A program made the translations under genes and the position numbers. This document shows positions 27,592 to 36,409 of a stretch of 64,000 bases of DNA, piece by piece. This stretch comes from Oscillospiraceae bacterium (lineage in GTDB: Bacteria; Bacillota; Clostridia; Oscillospirales; CAG-272), in assembly GCA_015064255.1 (NCBI GenBank), contig SVSP01000009.1, positions 4,062 through 68,061 on the forward strand, read 5' to 3'. The notes beneath the pieces were generated by a model. It ran no database searches. It had not been told where the DNA came from and was given only the letters and a program-made list of their open reading frames with translations. Positions within the stretch are counted from its first letter, which is position 1. Each line of letters begins with the position of its first letter.

Positions 27592-27619
27592 TGACAAAAC
27601 TATGGTTTTATGCTATACT
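27591..27619 (+). promoter_or_regulatory. promoter of the 170-aa membrane protein gene
   Basis: TTGACA (27591-27596, overlapping the last 8-mer), 17-nt spacer, TATACT (27614-27619). Confidence 0.65.
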
Positions 27620-27642
27620 AAACCCCGAAAGGTAGTGGAGAT

Positions 27643-28155
27643 ATGGAAAAGCAAACGAAGAATGTAATTACGCGAGAATTTGTAGAAAAAGAATTGCGCT
27701 TTTATAATACAGCAGACATTCGTTCAACTTTGGTATTGTGCGGAGTTCTTTCGCTGTTTTTTGTGCCGCTTACTGTAGGAATTGTATACGGTTGTTTTGT
27801 ATTATTTAAAAGTGTATGGCTTAAAATTGTTTTTTCTATTTTGCTTGGTGCGCTCACAAGTGCACCGATTTGGATCAACTTATTATCGTTGAAACTAAGT
27901 TTAACAGAACAAAAATTACTACAAAACGGTGATTTTGATATTACGGTATGCGAACTCCAATATAAAGATGAAAAGCTTGTCCACCGACATACAGAAAAAT
28001 TCCTTCATTTTGTCGGATTTAAGGAAATATCGGTTGAAAACGTTAATTATGATCTTTCCTCTCAAGGAGATGAATTCTACATCATTCACTACAAAGGTTA
28101 TGCGGAGATAAAACTGATTTATTCCTTAAAAATGTATGTGCTCAAAGAAAAATAA
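27643..28155 (+). CDS. hypothetical membrane protein (2-3 TM + soluble C-terminal domain)
   Basis: 170-aa ORF with a GGAG RBS and hydrophobic segments LVLCGVLSLFFVPLTVGIVYGCFVLF and IVFSILLGALTSAPIWINLL. No family recognised. Confidence 0.6.
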   Translation: MEKQTKNVITREFVEKELRFYNTADIRSTLVLCGVLSLFFVPLTVGIVYGCFVLFKSVWLKIVFSILLGALTSAPIWINLLSLKLSLTEQKLLQNGDFDITVCELQYKDEKLVHRHTEKFLHFVGFKEISVENVNYDLSSQGDEFYIIHYKGYAEIKLIYSLKMYVLKEK

Positions 28156-28186
28156 GTTGGCATCTTTTTTGTCAATGCGTGCCAGA

Positions 28187-28220
28187 AAGAGAGCAAGTCA
28201 AAAAGACTTGCTCTCTTTTT
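28187..28220 (+). terminator. intrinsic terminator of the 170-aa gene
   Basis: AAGAGAGCAAGTC-aaaaa-GACTTGCTCTCTT followed by TTT. Confidence 0.8.
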
Positions 28221-28362
28221 ATAAAATTCACCTTAAGAATAAGATTTCACTTTACACGAGCGGTAATGAATTTTACTTTATCAGGCTTGAATCTGATCCT
28301 AAGGTAGCTTATATTTACAATACTAAATTTTTTGAATTTGACGAATACTATTAATAACAGCT

Positions 28363-28394
28363 ATCCCCACACCGAACTGAATCGGTGTGGGGAT
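28363..28394 (+). terminator. hairpin/terminator, copy 1 of the ATCCCCACACC...GGTGTGGGGAT module
   Basis: ATCCCCACACCGA / TCGGTGTGGGGAT stem, followed by GTGTTGTGTTTT. Preceded by TAACAGC, as in copy 2. Confidence 0.7.
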
Positions 28395-28543
28395 GTGTTG
28401 TGTTTTAGTACCAAAATTAAAACAAAATCATCTAAAAACGCATAAATTTATATATCTGTATTGTAATTTATAGTACAATATGCTATAATACAGTATACAG
28501 TATTATATTATACTGTTTTATAAATTTCAAGGAGGATATTACA

Positions 28544-30379
28544 ATGAACGAAAACAGTGAAAAGACTATTCAAACCAACAACATTAATAAAAAAGCTTCT
28601 TCCAAATCAAAAAAATGTCTGAAAATAATATTATTTTTCATTACTGTCATTCTTATTGCCACAATAACATTATCTGTTATATTAATATTGCCGTTATTAG
28701 AAAAAAATCCTTTAAAAAACACTTTAGATACATTGTTTTTCGATACGGATATATTATCTGAAACATTATCTTCACTTAAAACCACGGGATATGAAAATAA
28801 TATTACGCTTCATATTCCCGCCGGCCTCGCAGAAACCAATCAAGATATAAATTTAGAAATATCCGAACACGGCATAGATTCAGGAGATAACCAAAAGAAA
28901 AATATAAACGTAAAACTCGATTCCGAACAAAACAGCTACGAGTTTGATGTAATGTATGATAATGAAAAGCTCTCACTTCAAGGGCTGTCTTTTGACAAGG
29001 ACATTATTATTACATTTCCCAGACGAGATATAGTAGATTCGCTTGACAAATCAGTTTTTGCACATTACAGCAGATCAAAATATGCACTTTCTCAAAAAGA
29101 ATATGATGAATTACGTAATTCGGTTGAAATTCTTGATTTAAACACACAAGAGCAATTCTCAAAAGAACTTACCGCGTTAATTGAAAACACAATAGAAAAA
29201 TCCAAGGATATTTTTCAGCCCATAAATTCATATTACCTCGCTCAAGATAAATTTATGCTCTGCCGTACGACCGAGATAAAACTGAATGAAGATGACCTGA
29301 AAAAACTTGCGGATATTATTTACGCCGAGTTCGGCGCCTGTCCAACTATTGAAGATTATTTATATCAGAAGGCTAAAGCCGAAACAGGAACACATATTGA
29401 TTTTAACGCCGAATTCGATAAATTCAAAGAAAAATTAACGGGCGCTGAAGTAACTATTTCATATACTGTAGCTAACAGAATGTTAGTTGAATTTTCTATA
29501 ATTACGGTTTCAAAAGAGGATAAAAAAACTATCACTAACGATTTTCGGTTTATATTCAACGGTGAAACAGAAAATCCTGAATTTAAGATAGAATTTGAAA
29601 CTGCAGAACAAGGCACAAAAATTACAGAACGGTATAATCGCGTAGCAGAATACAAGAAAATATCAAACGAAAATGAGCTTAGTATTGATTTTTCACTTGT
29701 TTCAAGCAGTGTCAGAGAAAGACCCGGAGATGATATCCGTCCCGAAGATAAAATCTATTCAGCCAAACTAACCTATGATAAAAGCAATAATTATTATTCG
29801 CTGGAATATTCTGATAACGACGGTACTGAAAGCTTTTCTGCAAACGGAAACTTCGAATTTGATGCGACTGATGACAATATATATTTAAGCATAGACGAAA
29901 TAGTAGAAAACGATTCATCATTAATCAACAAAACGATTCTGGAATTTTCTTTAAAGCCAGACAAATTAGCCGATAAAATAACAGTCCCGCAAGGAACGGA
30001 TTTTCTCGGAATGGAAGATCAGGAGCTTGAAGAATTTATCAAGAATTTTAATATAATTGAACTTGATAGAACTGTCGCGGATATCACGGGAGAGTCTTTG
30101 GGAATCGTCTATACTATAGACGAAAGACTTCTTTTAAATGCTTCTGCCGTTATATCCCGAGCTCAAACGTACGCCACATACTACCAAAGATATATATCAA
30201 ACGGTAATTACGAAAAAAGTATCTATATTTTTGATGAAGAATATGATATGATAATAATGTTTGACTATATAAAATCGCAAAAATTGATTCAAATCAATTT
30301 TGCGTATGAGCTGACATCGGAAATCGAATTATATTACCGCGAAGCCTCTATAAGCGGATCTTCAATACGCGTGCATTAA
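28544..30379 (+). CDS. hypothetical N-terminally membrane-anchored protein, 611 aa
   Basis: AGGAGG RBS; a single TM (LKIILFFITVILIATITLSVILILPLL) then a long Asn/Lys/Glu/Asp-rich region in very AT-rich DNA. No catalytic motif recognised. Confidence 0.6.
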   Translation: MNENSEKTIQTNNINKKASSKSKKCLKIILFFITVILIATITLSVILILPLLEKNPLKNTLDTLFFDTDILSETLSSLKTTGYENNITLHIPAGLAETNQDINLEISEHGIDSGDNQKKNINVKLDSEQNSYEFDVMYDNEKLSLQGLSFDKDIIITFPRRDIVDSLDKSVFAHYSRSKYALSQKEYDELRNSVEILDLNTQEQFSKELTALIENTIEKSKDIFQPINSYYLAQDKFMLCRTTEIKLNEDDLKKLADIIYAEFGACPTIEDYLYQKAKAETGTHIDFNAEFDKFKEKLTGAEVTISYTVANRMLVEFSIITVSKEDKKTITNDFRFIFNGETENPEFKIEFETAEQGTKITERYNRVAEYKKISNENELSIDFSLVSSSVRERPGDDIRPEDKIYSAKLTYDKSNNYYSLEYSDNDGTESFSANGNFEFDATDDNIYLSIDEIVENDSSLINKTILEFSLKPDKLADKITVPQGTDFLGMEDQELEEFIKNFNIIELDRTVADITGESLGIVYTIDERLLLNASAVISRAQTYATYYQRYISNGNYEKSIYIFDEEYDMIIMFDYIKSQKLIQINFAYELTSEIELYYREASISGSSIRVH

Positions 30380-30398
30380 TTAAGATTTTTTAACAGCA

Positions 30399-30433
30399 AT
30401 CCCCACACCTGCATTTTATATCGGTGTGGGGAT
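30399..30433. terminator. hairpin/terminator, copy 2 of the ATCCCCACACC...GGTGTGGGGAT module
   Basis: ATCCCCACACC / GGTGTGGGGAT stem, T-rich after. Lies between convergent genes. Confidence 0.75.
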
Positions 30434-30443
30434 ATATTTTTAT

Positions 30444-31301
30444 TTAATATTCGGGTACAGCTTCCGTTTTTGTAACTACAAACGCGCTTATTTCAGATGC
30501 TTTTTTCAGACATTCGGGAATTGAACAGCCTTTTGAATATTCAACAAGGAATGTGGCACCGAAGCTATCTCCCGCGCCTACCGTCGAAACGACTTCGACC
30601 TGCGGTGCTTGGCAAAGCTCGAACGTTTTATCCCTGCAACTATATGCAAACGAGCCGTCTTTTCCGAGTGTTATCAGAATATATTCGAGATTTGCAAATC
30701 TTTCTGACAGAAGCTTCGCCGCCGTTTTGGTTTCGGTTTTCTTATCCATACCGAGAGTTTCGAGAACGGTAGGAAGCTCTTCGTCGCTTATTTTCACAAA
30801 ATCCGCATTCTCAAGGCACAGAAGCACGCTTTCCTTTGAGAAAAACGGCGGGCGGATATTTATATCTGCATAAATTTTATCGCACACCTTAAAAGATAAC
30901 AGTTCTTTTATTGCTTCGCGGTTATAAGAATCACGCATCGCAAGCGTACCGAAGGTGAGAAAATCAAAAGAGTTGTCTTTTATTTCGCTCGGCAGACAAA
31001 TTCTGTCATACGCAGTATTTCTTTTAAGATCGTAATGCGGTACGGCAGAAGAATCCAGCGTTACGAGACACATTCCTGTCGGAAGGTCATCCGAAAGTGA
31101 TATGAAATCTGTTTTTACGCCGAATTTTGCTATTTCTTTTATTGCATCTGTACCAAGATCGTCTTTACCTACCGATGATAACATCCACGCTTCTCCGCCC
31201 TGTCTTGCAAAATGTGCCGCAAGATTAAGCGGAGCACCGCCTATATGCTTTTCATTTGGAAATACGTCCCAAATTATTTCTCCGAATGACAAAAGCTTCA
31301 T
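30444..31301 (-). CDS. scrK: PfkB-family carbohydrate kinase (fructokinase)
   Basis: GGAPLN near the N-terminus and the C-terminal VVSTVGAGDSFGA motif of the ribokinase/PfkB family. Directly downstream of the GH32 gene. Start at MKLLSFGEI with a GGAG RBS. Confidence 0.75.
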   Translation of the reverse strand: MKLLSFGEIIWDVFPNEKHIGGAPLNLAAHFARQGGEAWMLSSVGKDDLGTDAIKEIAKFGVKTDFISLSDDLPTGMCLVTLDSSAVPHYDLKRNTAYDRICLPSEIKDNSFDFLTFGTLAMRDSYNREAIKELLSFKVCDKIYADINIRPPFFSKESVLLCLENADFVKISDEELPTVLETLGMDKKTETKTAAKLLSERFANLEYILITLGKDGSFAYSCRDKTFELCQAPQVEVVSTVGAGDSFGATFLVEYSKGCSIPECLKKASEISAFVVTKTEAVPEY

Positions 31302-31324
31302 AATCAAAACTCCAATCAGATGTT

Positions 31325-32875
31325 TTATTTATTCCAGATAGACTTGAGCGAGTAAAGCTCTATATTATCTATAACACAGTCTTTATCGGCACTTACCGAA
31401 AATTCGCGCATATTTCTATCAGCTACCGTACACTCGGTAATATATACTCTTCCGTTATCAGAGAAAAGTTCTATACTGCATCTGTCAACTACTACCGTAA
31501 TATTAAATTCTTCGCCCGAATACGTGATAGGACCTGTGAGCTGTCCGAGCGATATTTTATTTTCCTTAAAATTGCATTCGATATCTTTACCGAAGAAAGA
31601 AAGTTTGACAGTGTTTTCGGAAAGGAGCTTTCCGCTTAATTTGAACATATACGCAGAGTCGTCAAGTGCATACGAAGTATTCTCTCCCGCTTTCAAAGAT
31701 ACGTTTTCATATTTTTCTGTTTTAGCGAAAATTGTTTCTATTTCCTTTACAGGCAGAACGGCAAGATGATATATTCCGTCTATTTTATCAAGCGACATTT
31801 CAAGAGGAATACTCATCTGCTGTGAGAATCCGTCTGCTCTGAGCTCGTGCCATCTAAGCCAATCAACACGGACGGCGCGTCCGTCGGGAAGATCGGAAAA
31901 AGACTGACCGGCATATGCGGAATTTCCGAAATGAAGAGAACGGATATCCTGAACGCTTACGAATTTTCCGTCTACAAAATCACCTACGAGATATCTGTCG
32001 TGTGCACCTATGAGTACCCATTTTCTTTCACCGTCAGTTGTATTTATACAGAAAAGATCGGGGCATTCGTTATCGCCTTCCATATGTATCCTTTGGATCT
32101 CCTTCCAATTTACAAGGTCGTCCGAAGCAAAGAGTGCATAAACGTCACCGTCAAGGTAGAGTGCTATAATGTATTTTTTTAGCTCCTCGCAATAAACAAC
32201 GCTCGGGTCGCGGTTATCTCCCACGATATGTCCGATAACGGGATTGTTTTCGTATTTTGTTATGGTTTTAAATCCGTCTGTCGAGTACGCCATTCTCTGA
32301 CAGAAGGGCGCGGTTGCAGTATAAAACAAAACGCCTGTCGGAAGGTCACCCGTCTGAAGTCCGAGAGTATTTTTCTTATCGACGATAGCACTTCCTGAGA
32401 ACATCGTGCCCGTTTCATCGGGATAAAGCGCCGTATCAACCTCTTCCCAATGTATAAGGTCACTGCTTACTGCGTGTCCCCAATGCATATTTTCCCAGCA
32501 AGGAGCGCCCGGATTGTACTGAAAGAACATATGATATATTCCGTCAAGATATACAAGCCCGTTAGGGTCGTTGTTCCATCCGTTCTTAGGCGAAAAATGA
32601 GCCTGTGGGCGAAGTTCTTCGTAGTATAGTCCTTCGATATCCATAGTATCCGATTCGCGCACCGAAAGCTCTGTTTCGGGCGACACGGAAATACCGATTT
32701 CCTTTCCTATAAAACGCGAAACGTCTATATATGCCTGAAATTTTGGATTTTCATTATCAAGCGCGAGATTCAAAGCATAAACGATTTCACCGCTTATCTC
32801 CATATTCACCTTTCTCATACTTGCAGAAATATTTACGGGAAATACAAGATATTTTTTTGTAACTGTTAAAGTCAT
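31325..32875 (-). CDS. glycoside hydrolase family 32 (beta-fructofuranosidase/sucrose-6-P hydrolase type) with an N-terminal extra domain
   Basis: WNNDPNGLVYLDGIYHMFFQYNP, RDPSV and ECPDLF motifs of GH32. An N-terminal extension of about 85 aa precedes the catalytic domain. Confidence 0.85.
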   Translation of the reverse strand: MTLTVTKKYLVFPVNISASMRKVNMEISGEIVYALNLALDNENPKFQAYIDVSRFIGKEIGISVSPETELSVRESDTMDIEGLYYEELRPQAHFSPKNGWNNDPNGLVYLDGIYHMFFQYNPGAPCWENMHWGHAVSSDLIHWEEVDTALYPDETGTMFSGSAIVDKKNTLGLQTGDLPTGVLFYTATAPFCQRMAYSTDGFKTITKYENNPVIGHIVGDNRDPSVVYCEELKKYIIALYLDGDVYALFASDDLVNWKEIQRIHMEGDNECPDLFCINTTDGERKWVLIGAHDRYLVGDFVDGKFVSVQDIRSLHFGNSAYAGQSFSDLPDGRAVRVDWLRWHELRADGFSQQMSIPLEMSLDKIDGIYHLAVLPVKEIETIFAKTEKYENVSLKAGENTSYALDDSAYMFKLSGKLLSENTVKLSFFGKDIECNFKENKISLGQLTGPITYSGEEFNITVVVDRCSIELFSDNGRVYITECTVADRNMREFSVSADKDCVIDNIELYSLKSIWNK

Positions 32876-32953
32876 CGTATTTATCCTCCGATTTTAAATT
32901 ACTGTCTATATACTACTACATATTTTTTATAAAGTCAATATTTTAATCCTAAT

Positions 32954-33739
32954 TTATCCGAACACTTCCGCCGCCGCTATAATTCTGAACATCTCCTCTT
33001 CAATATCCGAGCGTCCGTAAGCATCTAAGAAGCGGTCACGGTATTTATCTGTTTTCAGATTGAAATTAAGCGTCCACGCACCCCAGAAAAGGTCTATATG
33101 CTTATCTCCCACACCTGCGTTTCCAAGGTCTATAAAGCCGCTGAAGCGCCAATTATCGAGTATTACGTTCGGCAGACAATAATCTCCGTGGATGAGAGTG
33201 TCGTTTTTTAGGAGGTGCTTATTATCTTCAAGAATTTTCCAAGCTTCTTCTGCCGAGGAATATCCCCAGTTATCGGGAAAAAGCGAGGTATCGTAGTTTT
33301 TCGCATTATAATTATTAAGCGCCGTATCGAGATAACCTTCAATTCGGTTTTGTTCGGGGCAAAGTGAATATTCCACCGAGTGTAGATCACGCAGTATTTT
33401 TGCATAGGTATCGCAAAGCTTTTCGGGCTCTTCAAGATATTTAAAGTACGTACAGTCCTCACCGACAACTCTTTCGGTCAGCATATAGTCCATTTCCCCG
33501 GAAATATACGATATTACCTCGGCTGCAAGTCCCTTTTTATGAAAATAAGCCGTAAGTTCCGCTTCTTTTTTGAGTGTTCCGACAGGCGAGCATTTCAGAA
33601 AATAGCCGTTGTCCTTATCAATATAAATTACTCTTGCTTCTCTTGAACAACTGCTGTCATAAATTTTTGCATCTTTCATCAAATTATGAAAAGACTCGGG
33701 AAATTCTTCAAAATTCGGTGTGATAAGTTTGCGCTGCAT
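32954..33739 (-). CDS. aminoglycoside 3-prime-phosphotransferase (APH) family kinase
   Basis: 261 aa. LIHGDYCLPNVIL (HGDxxxxN catalytic loop) and GFIDLGNAGVGDKHIDL (DxG) match the APH(3-prime) layout. Confidence 0.7.
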   Translation of the reverse strand: MQRKLITPNFEEFPESFHNLMKDAKIYDSSCSREARVIYIDKDNGYFLKCSPVGTLKKEAELTAYFHKKGLAAEVISYISGEMDYMLTERVVGEDCTYFKYLEEPEKLCDTYAKILRDLHSVEYSLCPEQNRIEGYLDTALNNYNAKNYDTSLFPDNWGYSSAEEAWKILEDNKHLLKNDTLIHGDYCLPNVILDNWRFSGFIDLGNAGVGDKHIDLFWGAWTLNFNLKTDKYRDRFLDAYGRSDIEEEMFRIIAAAEVFG

Positions 33740-34037
33740 TGTATTACCGCCTTTTCTGATTTTTGTTTAATTATATCACCGTTTAACAAGATTTTCAATA
33801 CTATTTCATTTTTATACGATGCAGTTTTTCCATACAAACGTACTGAAAAGCATTTAATTTCCGATTTTAACAGAGTAAAGCTGAAAAATCACAAGAAAAA
33901 AGCAATAAATTTCTATACTTTAACAAAATACTTCTTGTAAATCTTTAAAATATCAATATAATAATTATGTATAGTTATTTACTATATGTTTTTATGAGAA
34001 TTTTTTAAATATATTATTTCAGATACGGAGGAGAATT

Positions 34038-35696
34038 ATGAAAAAATACAGTATCGGTCTTGACTACGGAACACTGTCCGGACGCGCTGTTATCGTTGAC
34101 ATTGAAAACGGTAAGGAACTTGCAAGCAGCGTTATGGAATATCCGCACGCAGTTATGGACAAAGCACTCCCGACAGGTGAAATTCTTGAAGCAGACTGGG
34201 CGCTTCAGCATCCGCAGGATTATCTTGAAGTTCTTGCATACACAATACCCGAGGTATTAAAAATTTCAGGTATTTCTCCCGATGACATAATCGGTATCGG
34301 AGTTGACTTTACAGCTTGTACTTTGATTCCGATAAAGGCAGACGGTACACCGCTCTGCTTCCTCGACGAATACAAACACAATCCTCACGCTTGGGTAAAG
34401 CTTTGGAAGCACCACGCAGCGCAGGATGAAGCAAACGAGCTTAACCGCATAGCATCCGAGCGTAACGAGCCTTGGCTTAAAAATTACGGCGGAAAGATCT
34501 CGAGCGAATGGGCAATACCGAAAATCTGGCAGGTTCTCAACGAAGCTCCCGAAATTTACGACGCTGCCGACAAGTTCATTGAGGCAAGCGACTGGATAAT
34601 CTGGCAGCTTTGCGGCAAGGAAACAAGAAACAGCTGTGCCGCAGGATACAAGGCTCTTTGGAACAAGACCACGGGCTACCCATCAAAGGAATTCTTTAAG
34701 GCGCTTGATCCCCGTCTTGAAAACGTCGTTGAAGACAAGCTCGGAACAGAGATCTCACCTCTCGGAACAACCGCAGGCGGTATAACCGAAAAGGCATACG
34801 AAATGACAGGTCTTAACGTAGGTACTGCCGTTTCTGTCGGAAATCTTGACGCTCACGTTTGTCTGCCCGCTGTCGGAATCGACGGTCCCACAAAGCTTCT
34901 TATAATTATGGGTACATCTTCCTGTCACATCGTTATGGGCACGGAAGAAACTCAGGCTCCCGGACTTTGCGGTGTTGTTGCAGACGGCGTACTTCCCGGA
35001 TATTACGGATATGAAGCAGGACAATCTTGCGTAGGTGACCATTTTGCCTGGTTCGTAGAAAATGCTCTTCCTGCCGATTATTACGAGCAGGCAAAAGCAG
35101 AAAACAAGAACATTCACAAATTCCTTCGCGAAAAAGCTGAAAAGCTCCGTCCCGGCGAAAGCGGTCTTCTTGCTATCGACTGGTGGAACGGCAACCGCAG
35201 TATCCTCGTTGACGCCGATCTCACTGGTATGATGCTCGGAATGACGCTCCAGACAAAGGCGGAAGAAATCTACCGCGCACTTATTGAAGCCACCGCGTAC
35301 GGAACGAAGATGATAATTGAAAATTACCGCAAGCACAACATTCCGATAAGCGAAATATATGCTTCGGGCGGAATAAGCCAGAAAGACCCTATGTGTATGC
35401 AGATATACGCTGACGTACTCAATCTTCCTATCAAGATTGCAGGAAGCGCGCAGGGTCCTGCCCTCGGAAGTGCGATTTTCGGTGCAGTTGCTGGCGGCGG
35501 ATATGACGATATATACGAAGCTACACGACGTATGGGTACCGTTAAGAATCAGATATACACGCCTATTCCCGAAAACGTCGCAATTTACGAAAAACTCTAC
35601 AACGAATACGCTATTCTCCACGATTACTTCGGACGCGGCGAGAACGACGTTATGAAGCGTCTTAAGAAGATCAAAAAGGAGAGCCGCGATGTTTGA
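34038..35696 (+). CDS. araB: ribulokinase
   Basis: 552 aa FGGY kinase, N-terminal [15 protein letters not shown], first gene of an araB-araD-araA array. Confidence 0.85.
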   Translation: MKKYSIGLDYGTLSGRAVIVDIENGKELASSVMEYPHAVMDKALPTGEILEADWALQHPQDYLEVLAYTIPEVLKISGISPDDIIGIGVDFTACTLIPIKADGTPLCFLDEYKHNPHAWVKLWKHHAAQDEANELNRIASERNEPWLKNYGGKISSEWAIPKIWQVLNEAPEIYDAADKFIEASDWIIWQLCGKETRNSCAAGYKALWNKTTGYPSKEFFKALDPRLENVVEDKLGTEISPLGTTAGGITEKAYEMTGLNVGTAVSVGNLDAHVCLPAVGIDGPTKLLIIMGTSSCHIVMGTEETQAPGLCGVVADGVLPGYYGYEAGQSCVGDHFAWFVENALPADYYEQAKAENKNIHKFLREKAEKLRPGESGLLAIDWWNGNRSILVDADLTGMMLGMTLQTKAEEIYRALIEATAYGTKMIIENYRKHNIPISEIYASGGISQKDPMCMQIYADVLNLPIKIAGSAQGPALGSAIFGAVAGGGYDDIYEATRRMGTVKNQIYTPIPENVAIYEKLYNEYAILHDYFGRGENDVMKRLKKIKKESRDV

Positions 35697-36381
35697 AGAA
35701 CTCAAAATTAAAGTTTACGAAGCTAATATGAAGCTTCCCGAATACGGTCTTGTTACCTTTACTTGGGGAAATGCTTCTGCCATCGACCGCGAAAAAGGTG
35801 TTATAGTTATCAAGCCGTCGGGCGTTGACTATGACAAGCTGTCGCCCGATAATATGGTAGTACTCGACCTCGACGGAAATGTAATCGAAGGTGACTACCG
35901 CCCTTCGAGCGACACACCAACCCACATTGAGCTTTACAAGAGCTTTCCGAAGATCGGCGGTATCGTACACACACATTCGTCATACGCAACGTCTTTCGCA
36001 CAGGCTATGCGACCTATTCCCGCTTACGGAACTACTCACGCCGACTATTTTTACGGAGAAGTTCCCTGCACCCGCATACTGAGTGCGCAGGAGATAGAAG
36101 AAGCATACGAAAAAAACACCGGAAAAGTTATCGCCGAAACTTTTAAAGAGATTGACGAAAACGCCATTGGTGGTGTGGTCGTTGCAAATCACGGGCCGTT
36201 CACTTGGGGAAAAGATGCCGCGGAAGCTGTATATTTCGCAAAAGTTCTTGAAGAAACGGCGAAAATGGCTCTTATGACAGAAATCTTAAACCCGAATGTG
36301 ACTCCCATAAATTCTTACATTCTTGACAAGCATTATTTCAGAAAACACGGAGCAAACGCTTATTACGGACAGAAAAAATAA
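35689..36381 (+). CDS. araD: L-ribulose-5-phosphate 4-epimerase
   Basis: 230 aa class II aldolase fold ([19 protein letters not shown]). Start overlaps the araB end by 8 nt. Confidence 0.88.
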   Translation: MFEELKIKVYEANMKLPEYGLVTFTWGNASAIDREKGVIVIKPSGVDYDKLSPDNMVVLDLDGNVIEGDYRPSSDTPTHIELYKSFPKIGGIVHTHSSYATSFAQAMRPIPAYGTTHADYFYGEVPCTRILSAQEIEEAYEKNTGKVIAETFKEIDENAIGGVVVANHGPFTWGKDAAEAVYFAKVLEETAKMALMTEILNPNVTPINSYILDKHYFRKHGANAYYGQKK

Positions 36382-36409
36382 AACATTACATCACGAAAGG
36401 AAAAAATAT

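Noticed and set aside
33800-34037. AraR-type operator upstream of araB (ACAAACGTAC near 33833; palindrome TATAGT-tattt-ACTATA near 33972).
   Set aside because: The match to the AraR box I remember (ATTTGTACGTACAAAT) is about 6 of 10 core positions. The short AT palindrome is unremarkable in AT-rich DNA. No regulator gene is adjacent.
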